Shown here: positions 17,699 through 24,000 of the stretch, piece after piece
Layout: the number at the start of each line of letters is the position of its first letter
Numbering within the stretch: position 1 is the first letter of the stretch
From: Flavipsychrobacter sp.
GTDB taxonomy: Bacteria > Bacteroidota > Bacteroidia > Chitinophagales > Chitinophagaceae
Direction of reading: 5' to 3'
Assembly: GCA_035606335.1 (NCBI GenBank)
Contig: DATNFP010000002.1
Location: 20,622 to 44,621 of the forward strand
Length of the DNA: 24,000 nt
Notes under the pieces: generated by a model
Seen by the model: only the letters and a program-made list of their open reading frames with translations
The model's database searches: none
Told to the model about the DNA's origin: nothing
Translations under genes and position numbers: made by a program

Positions 17699-18160
17699 GT
17701 TATTATTTTTTGTTGAATACAAAGCTATTAAGCCTTGGTAACTCAAACAGGGTGTGTTTGGGACATTGTAGAGGTGTATCGCGATCACATCCCTTTATTT
17801 TTTTGCTTTGTGATATTACGCGGTGAGCTTTTTTGATGAAAGCCTGTGCCTGACTGATGTATGTGTTTTAGCATAACGTCTCATTTGCTCACGATGATAT
17901 CACATTTGTATCACATCTTTTCGCTTTCTTATCTCACGCGGTTTTGTAATTCCCCGTTTACAATAAAAAACTTGTTTTGGGAAATTGGGGAATTTATTTT
18001 GGGCTGAAATCCTTTACTGGCAATAGTTATAGTGCTCATTTACCTAATAAAGCATTACCCATTTATGCCCCATTTGTGCCACATTGTACCACAATGGTTA
18101 CCCATTGATATTTTCGGTTCTAAGTACGTTGTTTGGTTACAATAATGAAAGAACTTTTGC

Positions 18161-18249
18161 GGATAGTATTACCGGCTTTGCAAAAATATTACTGTACGAT
18201 GTGACTGTGAAAAAAAGTTAACGACAGGAAACCCCGGGAAACAGAACTA
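18161..18249 (+). repeat. left copy of a ~90-bp direct repeat flanking the RAYT cassette
   Basis: It aligns by eye with 18955-19046 at roughly four-fifths identity. The near-perfect core is AAAAAAGTTAACGACAG(G/C)AAACCCCGG. Confidence 0.7.
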
Positions 18250-18251
18250 CA

Positions 18252-18952
18252 CTGGTCTAAGCGTCTCGCTTAGACCTAAAATATTACAGCGTCTCGCTTG
18301 CACTTCAAACTTGTGAACAATAATATCAATTTCTATCTTGCCATTGCATGAGCAGAAAATATCGCATTCAAGACCAAACTCAAATGTATTTTGTAACCTT
18401 TACTGTAGTCAACTGGATAGATGTTTTCATACGTGACGATTACAGGGAAATATTTACAGATAGTATTAAGTATTGCCAGCAAAACAAAGGGCTGGAAGTA
18501 TATGCATGGTGCATTATGACTAGCCACATACATTTAATCATAGGTACAAATGGACAAAATAAATTACAAGATATTATCCGGGACTTGAAAGCATACACTT
18601 CCCGGCATCTTCGCAAAGCAATAGAAGATAGTAATATTGAAAGTAGGAAGGAATGGCTGCTATGGATGTTTGAACGAGCTGGTACTTATAATAGCAATAA
18701 TAATGACTTCCAATTATGGCAACAGCATAGCCACCCAATTGAACTATCCAGAGGTGAACTGGTAAAGCAAAGACTTGATTACCTACATAATAATCCAGTT
18801 ACTGCTGGATTTGTGACGGAACCCAATCATTGGAAATGGAGTAGCGCTTATGATTATAGCGGTGGTAAGGGGATTGTTGATATTATTTTGATTGAGTGAC
18901 TTGCAAGCGTGACGCTTGAATATTGTGGGTCTAAGCGAGACGCTTAGACCAG
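18252..18952 (+). mobile_element. RAYT cassette: IS200/IS605-like HUH transposase gene bracketed by 50-nt inverted double-hairpin REP ends
   Basis: The left end (18252-18301) and right end (18903-18952) are imperfect inverted repeats. Each holds an outer hairpin GGTCTAAGCG-N3-CGCTTAGACC and an inner hairpin with an AGCG-N3-CGCT core. Confidence 0.8.
18348..18899 (+). CDS. REP-associated tyrosine transposase (RAYT, Y1 HUH transposase, IS200-like)
   Basis: The HUH motif 'SHIHLII' is encoded at 18525-18533 (H-I-H). The candidate catalytic Tyr is in 'LKAYTSRHL' (18594-18596). 'YFVTFTVVNWIDVF' and 'ESRKEWLLWMFERAG' are typical of the Bacteroidota transposase-like family (183 aa). Confidence 0.85.
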   Translation: MSRKYRIQDQTQMYFVTFTVVNWIDVFIRDDYREIFTDSIKYCQQNKGLEVYAWCIMTSHIHLIIGTNGQNKLQDIIRDLKAYTSRHLRKAIEDSNIESRKEWLLWMFERAGTYNSNNNDFQLWQQHSHPIELSRGELVKQRLDYLHNNPVTAGFVTEPNHWKWSSAYDYSGGKGIVDIILIE

Positions 18953-18954
18953 CG

Positions 18955-19046
18955 GGGTAGTGTTACTGGCCTTGCAAAAATACTATTGTGTATTATGACC
19001 GAAGAAAAAAGTTAACGACAGCAAACCCCGGAACAAAAGACTATTT
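18955..19046 (+). repeat. right copy of the ~90-bp direct repeat flanking the RAYT cassette
   Basis: See 18161-18249. It has the same orientation and lies immediately outside the right REP hairpin. Confidence 0.7.
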
Positions 19047-19052
19047 AGGCGT

Positions 19053-19682
19053 ATGCCTGAATCAGGGGGAAAAATTAATCACAAAATTCGTCAAATAGCG
19101 GATGGATTACATAACTTAGTTCAAGAAGAACTATATAAATTATTATTATTATTATTTACTATGTTTCAGATAGATATTAACTCATTATTAAAAGGAAGCA
19201 TAACAAAAATAATATTCATAATACAAGTGTATCTCTCATTTTTAATATGTACAAATAATAAAAGAATAGTTACATCGGACTTATTGAATAAAAAAGGTTT
19301 AGAAGTGTGCTTATTAACAGTACTCGTTTATATATTTTTCTACATCGTAATATCAGCAATTGTACATCTTTTATTGTTTAGATACAGTGTATATCTCTAC
19401 AAGAAAAAAGTAGAAAAACAAAACATAGAATATAAAAAGCAAAAGTTTCAACAAGCTATTTACAAAATAAGTGCTTATACAGGCATTGATCTGTGGCAGT
19501 CAATCCTTAAAATGCCATTAGTATATAATTATATTCTCTCAATAATTGTAATTGCCTTACAAATTGCATTTATAGTAGCTAATTTTTGGGCCTGGATTAT
19601 TTTCTTGACGCTATTTATTTTCACTTCATTAATATATGTCACTGTATTTTTCTTAAATAAGATTGGAATGCTTAATCAATAA
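19053..19682 (+). CDS. hypothetical multi-pass membrane protein (very AT-rich gene)
   Basis: A 630-nt open frame in DNA with ~20-25% G+C is unlikely by chance, because stop codons are AT-rich. There are at least four hydrophobic segments, e.g. 'VCLLTVLVYIFFYIVISAIVHLLLF' and 'ILSIIVIALQIAFIVANFWAWIIFLTLFIFTSLIYVTVFF'. An alternative start is the ATG at 19161. Confidence 0.5.
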   Translation: MPESGGKINHKIRQIADGLHNLVQEELYKLLLLLFTMFQIDINSLLKGSITKIIFIIQVYLSFLICTNNKRIVTSDLLNKKGLEVCLLTVLVYIFFYIVISAIVHLLLFRYSVYLYKKKVEKQNIEYKKQKFQQAIYKISAYTGIDLWQSILKMPLVYNYILSIIVIALQIAFIVANFWAWIIFLTLFIFTSLIYVTVFFLNKIGMLNQ

Positions 19683-19867
19683 AATACATTAGTGATTAAA
19701 TCATCAACAGTGTTATGTTGTTTTCCGTGACGCAAGCTTGAGTTTGAATATAGATCTGAGCGATGATTAAACCAATTGTTGCCCATACAACTTATGATTT
19801 GCATTGCAAATGCTTTGCATAGGCATTCACGTCATAAACTCAGATTATTAAACGAATGTAATATTTT

Positions 19868-20290
19868 TCAATAACTGTTAAGTATCTGCCTAACAATATT
19901 ATTGCTTATTCTTTTAAGCTTTTTAGATGCTTTAAACTCACATTCTTTTATACGAATTACTGTCCAGCCTTTAAGTATTAGTGTTCGGGTTACCAAGCGG
20001 TCCCGCTTTTTGTTACGCAATATTTTCCTTTCCCAATATTCTTTATTGTTTTGTGGTGTGATATTCCTGCAATTATGTCCATGCCAAAAACAGCCATCAA
20101 TAAAAACCGCTAACCTTATGCTAGAAAAAACAAAATCTGGTTTGCCAAATAACTTATAGTTTCTACGCCAACCAATTATATTATTATCCTTAAAGAATTT
20201 AATTGCCGCTAATTCAGTCGATTTATTTTTCTGTGGCCTTACTAGTCTCATGACTTCGCTTCGCTTATCGCTTGTAAAAACGTCAGCCAT
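19868..20290 (-). CDS. vsr: very short patch repair endonuclease
   Basis: 'KRSEVMR..R.K..K.E', 'GKPDFVF' and 'AVFIDGCFWHGHNC' are present, with 'RD' and 'GWTVIRIKECE' at the C-terminus (140 aa). Confidence 0.9.
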   Translation of the reverse strand: MADVFTSDKRSEVMRLVRPQKNKSTELAAIKFFKDNNIIGWRRNYKLFGKPDFVFSSIRLAVFIDGCFWHGHNCRNITPQNNKEYWERKILRNKKRDRLVTRTLILKGWTVIRIKECEFKASKKLKRISNNIVRQILNSY

Positions 20291-20300
20291 ATAATAAATA

Positions 20301-21239
20301 CTATTTGAACTCCAACTGTTTTTGACCTAAAACAGATCTTTTGTTTTCGATGTCATAGATGTATTCTTCGATGCAATTGGCCACGTATTCCCCAAGTTTT
20401 ACAGGGACAGCATTGCCAATTATTTGTTCAAGTTCTGTTTTGGTTCCAGTAAAATGAAAAGTTTGAGGGAATGTTTGAATATAACTTCTTTCAACTGTTG
20501 TTAATGGCCTTAAACTGTCATTAATTTCTATAGGATCACCAGGATGTTTAGAATAGCCCTTAGGTATAGGTCTATTAACGCCTCTAATCGTAGGACTTGG
20601 CTCATAAATACTAAAAATCCCTCTACGCATATAACTTCTTGGGTGCCTATAATAAAATTCAATGCCAAGTGAATTACCTAAATAATCAAAAATAGTCATA
20701 GGTTGTCTTGTTCTATTTTTGATTAAATATGGATTAAGAAATCCGTCTTTAGAGTTTAAATGTCCAATTAAAAAAAAACGCTTTCTTATTTGAGGAACAC
20801 CACACAAGCTTGCATCTAAAACATCATAGGAAATTCCATAATTTGCCTTTTTAAAGATTTGAAGCGCTTCTTTTAGAATTCTACTCTTAGTAATTCGTTC
20901 TACATTTTCCATTACAAACCATTCAGGTCTATTCGTCGCCACAATGTTTGCAAATGTCAATGTTAGATCTGCACGACCTAAAGTCTCGTCTCTTTTGCCT
21001 GCACTGGAGAAATCTTGGCAAGGCGGCCCGCCAATTATCATTTGAACTTTCTGTTTACAGATAAATTCAAATGCTTCTTTATTTGATAAATCTATATCAT
21101 ATATTGGATGATCAAAATTTTCACGATAAACTTTTATAGCTGGTTTCCAATTATCAAAAGCAGAAACAATTTCAAATCCTGCATTTTGAAAACCCAGCGA
21201 CAACCCCCCACATCCTGAAAACAAATCCATTGTAGTCAT
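20301..21239 (-). CDS. dcm: DNA (cytosine-5)-methyltransferase
   Basis: Motif I is 'DLFSGCGG', motif IV 'GGPPCQDFS', motif VI 'FVMENV', motif VIII 'QIRKRFFLIG' and motif X 'GNAVPV'. The start is taken at the ATG at 21239 ('MTTMDLFSGCGG', 312 aa), 10 nt after the nuclease stop. Confidence 0.9.
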   Translation of the reverse strand: MTTMDLFSGCGGLSLGFQNAGFEIVSAFDNWKPAIKVYRENFDHPIYDIDLSNKEAFEFICKQKVQMIIGGPPCQDFSSAGKRDETLGRADLTLTFANIVATNRPEWFVMENVERITKSRILKEALQIFKKANYGISYDVLDASLCGVPQIRKRFFLIGHLNSKDGFLNPYLIKNRTRQPMTIFDYLGNSLGIEFYYRHPRSYMRRGIFSIYEPSPTIRGVNRPIPKGYSKHPGDPIEINDSLRPLTTVERSYIQTFPQTFHFTGTKTELEQIIGNAVPVKLGEYVANCIEEYIYDIENKRSVLGQKQLEFK

Positions 21240-21249
21240 AAAATACAAT

Positions 21250-22323
21250 TTAGCCAAAAAGTTCGGGAGAATTAAAAATAATGGCATCGAATCTTCTTTC
21301 TGGACTTAAAAGTTTTTGTCCTCCACCTAAGATTATTTCTTTGATTTGATTTGCTTGAATTCTAGGCTTTGTCAATTCTTTGCATGTCATAAAATGGTGA
21401 GTTATTCTTCCGCTAACAGCAAATGCCTTATCATTTTTAGTATTAAAAGATAATTCGTCAATTATTTTAATATGGTTTATCTGTCCATTTTTACTGAAAT
21501 CAAATAACATTTTGAAAAGCCAAATAATTGTTCGAATCTGGCGTGTAATTCTTGTTGTTTCAGCTAGTTCTCCTCTAGCTACATCAAGGAAAAGCTGTGT
21601 AAATGCAAAATTCGACCAAACAAATACATCAAGGCAAAAATCCGCCAATTGCGAAGACTTTCCAACGGTTTTCCAGATTGGTTGCATTAAAATTGGTTCT
21701 TGTTCCCCAAGAATTGAAAGAATAATTTTATCAAGAACAGAAATCATTTGGGGTATAAATTGCCATATATTTTCCCCTTCTGTCCAATCTGTAATCTGAT
21801 CGAAATCCTTGCCTATTAATTCTTGAAGATAGCCTATTTTTGTTTTAAAGTTTGCTGCTATGCTGCATGCCAAATATACTATCGTATCAGGGCGAACTAC
21901 TAATTCACACCCAAAATATTCATCTTCTAATGCACACGTTGAATTGTCTGGTAATGCTGTTAATTTGATTTCAATTGGCCTTAAACACTGTCCGTTACTT
22001 CTAAGTTGCGTAACTAAATCTACCCTAGGTAGATGTCCTATTACTAATTGCTGGTATGGAGTATAAGAACTTTCAAATGAGAAAAACAAATTATCTGATT
22101 GTGGCTCAATTCCATACAAGGAAGATGTTGAAATTTTGCCATGCCTAACGTTTAATTTTTCATCCAAAAACAAATAAATATTTTGAAATCCTTCATTACT
22201 TAAATAGTTAGCCAAACCTGCCGGAAAAGAAGAATTAAATTGATTTTTCCCCCATGTTTCCGCCTGAGCAAAATCACGATTTGAATTCGTAATGCCAAAA
22301 AGTCCCGGTTTTTGTTTGTTCAT
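21250..22323 (-). CDS. type II restriction endonuclease candidate (PD-(D/E)XK)
   Basis: It lies immediately upstream of, and co-oriented with, the m5C MTase and vsr. A candidate catalytic motif 'PRVD-x15-EIK' (D102, E118, K120) is encoded at 21964-22020. Family and specificity are not determinable by eye. Confidence 0.6.
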   Translation of the reverse strand: MNKQKPGLFGITNSNRDFAQAETWGKNQFNSSFPAGLANYLSNEGFQNIYLFLDEKLNVRHGKISTSSLYGIEPQSDNLFFSFESSYTPYQQLVIGHLPRVDLVTQLRSNGQCLRPIEIKLTALPDNSTCALEDEYFGCELVVRPDTIVYLACSIAANFKTKIGYLQELIGKDFDQITDWTEGENIWQFIPQMISVLDKIILSILGEQEPILMQPIWKTVGKSSQLADFCLDVFVWSNFAFTQLFLDVARGELAETTRITRQIRTIIWLFKMLFDFSKNGQINHIKIIDELSFNTKNDKAFAVSGRITHHFMTCKELTKPRIQANQIKEIILGGGQKLLSPERRFDAIIFNSPELFG

Positions 22324-22339
22324 AAATACAAATGTGCGT

Positions 22340-22347
22340 CAAATTTA
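22340..22347 (-). promoter_or_regulatory. -7 box candidate (TAAATTTG on minus strand) for the R-M-vsr operon
   Basis: The plus strand reads CAAATTTA, 16 nt upstream of the nuclease ATG. The -33 element is weak. Confidence 0.35.
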
Positions 22348-22508
22348 GTCGTTATTAATCTTAGCGGGTGAAACAATAGTTTATAATTGAAAAACTACGC
22401 AGAATTTAGACATTCTATTCCATTTTTTAAATTTCTACCAATCTCTTTTAATATGTTCTAAAATAATTTTCACTATGATCTAAGGTAATTCTTGATTTTA
22501 TCTTATGG

Positions 22509-23108
22509 TCAAACAAAACTCCCACAAGCTTTATATAGATTTATCATTTTGCCATTAAAATTTTTGTTTATCTCCTCTTCTAATTCTTTATGGTCCCCTA
22601 AACCATAATTATTGCAATCAAGAATAAGTATTCGATGTATGTTTTCAACGAATGTGTCATTCTGGTTTATATCAGAAACAAAATTTTGAATTGCAACCAA
22701 CGTAATATCTTGTAATATAAACAGATTTAAAACAGGAATTTTATGTTTTGCATCTTCATAAAATAGGTCTTCGCAAGCGGTAGAATTAATACCACATGCC
22801 TTAGGAAAAATTTGATGTATAATGCCATTTCTTATAAAATACAAAAAAGAGGCTTTACATCTTAATCGAGGAGGGAAATAATCGGATTCGAAAAACTTAA
22901 CAAAGTTGTCTTTTTTCCTTTTATCAAATATTCCGTTTTTTGCGACCATAAATAACATACCATAATAATCAATTATTGCAAAAAGAAACTGGGCATGGGG
23001 AATATATAAATTAGTATTAGCCCTTAATCCTTTTAGCGTACTCATTATTACAGACTTATATTGGTCTATGTACTGTTCGGTAACCTTTTTTAATTTTTCA
23101 GCATCCAT
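22509..23108 (-). CDS. hypothetical protein with HEPN-like Rx4H motif (possible Abi-type RNase)
   Basis: The 199-aa ORF looks helical and lies in AT-rich DNA. 'FIRNGIIHQ' (R93-N-G-I-I-H98) is encoded at 22815-22832. It is co-oriented with and upstream of the R-M-vsr operon. The functional call rests on motif and context only. Confidence 0.35.
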   Translation of the reverse strand: MDAEKLKKVTEQYIDQYKSVIMSTLKGLRANTNLYIPHAQFLFAIIDYYGMLFMVAKNGIFDKRKKDNFVKFFESDYFPPRLRCKASFLYFIRNGIIHQIFPKACGINSTACEDLFYEDAKHKIPVLNLFILQDITLVAIQNFVSDINQNDTFVENIHRILILDCNNYGLGDHKELEEEINKNFNGKMINLYKACGSFV

Positions 23109-23259
23109 AATTAATAATTTAGCAGTCTTTTGAAAATGGCATAATTAAATACTCTTGTATATATTGACTCATTAAAGATCATTTTCTAAAACAGCTTGTT
23201 GAAATTATCTTATTTTAAAACTCAGTAACGTTCTGTTATATTTTTGTAACCTTTTTTCT

Positions 23260-23293
23260 CAAATATAGCGTAACTGCAGTCCAATATCACAAA
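23260..23293 (-). promoter_or_regulatory. promoter candidate for the 199-aa ORF (TTTG-N22-TATATTTG on minus strand)
   Basis: Plus-strand CAAATATA (23260-23267) and CAAA (23290-23293) are present. The -33-like element lies inside the right copy of the 16-nt island-flanking inverted repeat. The implied leader of ~145 nt is long. Confidence 0.3.
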
Positions 23294-23331
23294 GCAAATT
23301 CTATGGAAAAGAGATAATGAAAGCCAACGTA

Positions 23332-24000
23332 CTACCTCATCCTCTTACGCTTATTGCGTTCGTAGTCTTCGAAGATGTATTGGCCGAGGCCATCGAGGGA
23401 GGAGTAGAATGCTTTGCCGTTGTTCACTTCGGTAAAGTTGCGTACGAAGGATTGCAGGTAGGGGTCGTTGGCAATCATAAATGTTACAACGGGTATCTTG
23501 AGGCGGCGTAGCTGTCCGGCGAGGTTGAGGGTGCGGTTGAGTATTTTGCTATCTATGCCAAAGCTGTTCTTATAATATTTGTTGCCCACCTTCAGGCAGG
23601 TAGGTTTGCCATCGGTGATCATGAATATCTGCTTGTTGGGGTTCTTGCGGCGGCGCAGTATGTCCATCGCCAGCTCCAGCCCTGCTACGGTATTGGTATG
23701 GTAAGGGCCCACCTCCAGGTAAGGAAGATCTTTCATCTCTATCTGCCAGGCGTCGTTGCCAAACACCACTATATCGAGCGTATCCTTGGGGTAGCGGGTG
23801 GTGATGAGCTCGCTAAGCGCCATAGCAACTTTTTTGGCAGGGGTGATGCGGTCTTCACCATAGAGTATCATGGAGTGAGAGATGTCTATCATCATGACGG
23901 TAGAGGTCTGCGTCTTGAAGTCCATCTCGTGTATCTCGAGGTCGTCCTGCTGCATGGAGAGGCGCTCTACGCCGTGGTTGATAAAGGCGTTCTTGAGGCT
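23332..24000 (-). CDS. VWA domain protein (CoxE-like), 5' end outside the window
   Basis: The MIDAS-like 'MIDISHSM' (DxSxS) and 'FMITDGKPT' are present. The minus-strand frame stays open to nt 24000 ('SLKNAFINHGVERLSMQQDD'). G+C is noticeably higher than in the island. Confidence 0.75.
   Translation of the reverse strand, partial: SLKNAFINHGVERLSMQQDDLEIHEMDFKTQTSTVMMIDISHSMILYGEDRITPAKKVAMALSELITTRYPKDTLDIVVFGNDAWQIEMKDLPYLEVGPYHTNTVAGLELAMDILRRRKNPNKQIFMITDGKPTCLKVGNKYYKNSFGIDSKILNRTLNLAGQLRRLKIPVVTFMIANDPYLQSFVRNFTEVNNGKAFYSSLDGLGQYIFEDYERNKRKRMR

Noticed and set aside
17699-18160. Search for a tRNA gene or integrase remnant marking the island's left end
   Set aside because: I saw no GGTTCGAnTCC-type T-arm or cloverleaf-like GC-rich 75-nt block, and no ORF fragments recognisable as an integrase. 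Only short repeats were found, and these are reported separately.
21240-21287. Upstream extension of the methyltransferase ORF overlapping the nuclease 3' end
   Set aside because: m5C MTases normally begin a few residues before motif I (DLFSGCGG). The ATG at 21239 fits and avoids a 38-nt overlap.
23317-23511. Plus-strand 64-aa ORF at the 3' end of the VWA gene
   Set aside because: It is antisense to a motif-supported gene in GC-richer DNA, so it is a shadow ORF.

Overview
This 24-kb chromosomal segment looks like Bacteroidota, possibly Chitinophagaceae or Sphingobacteriia-like. Several genes are preceded by the Bacteroidota TAnnTTTG -7 box. All calls are motif recognition by eye; no searches were run. 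Positions 1 to ~17.7 kb are ordinary housekeeping DNA. They carry a 5'-truncated beta-propeller gene, folB, purL, two lipoprotein genes, a SIMPL-domain gene and dxs. Next come a CPBP protease-cdsA-psd phospholipid cluster, a tiny Cys-rich secreted peptide, miaA and a PRiA4b-ORF3-like acidic-tail protein. The stretch ends with rpmI-rplT, ispE, an orphan MacB/LolD-type ABC ATPase, a PduO-type cobalamin adenosyltransferase, pyrH and a RibD_C/DHFR-family gene. From ~17.7 to ~23.3 kb lies a clearly lower-G+C accessory island. It starts with ~650 bp of non-coding DNA carrying phased 11-mers. Then comes a RAYT (IS200-like HUH transposase) bracketed by 50-nt inverted double-hairpin REP ends and by a ~90-bp direct repeat. 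A very AT-rich multi-TM ORF follows. The island ends with a co-directional minus-strand cluster: an unknown 199-aa ORF with a HEPN-like RNGIIH motif, a PD-(D/E)XK restriction nuclease, an m5C methyltransferase and Vsr. A perfect 16-nt inverted repeat sits at both island edges. The window ends inside a GC-richer VWA-domain gene. The best candidate for something undescribed is the island's 199-aa HEPN-like ORF plus the membrane ORF, both riding with the R-M-Vsr operon. A second unexplained structure is a pair of 80-bp arrays, each exactly 10 tandem octamers (A/C)ATTGYCN, flanking the adenosyltransferase gene. No rRNA, tRNA or CRISPR array was seen.
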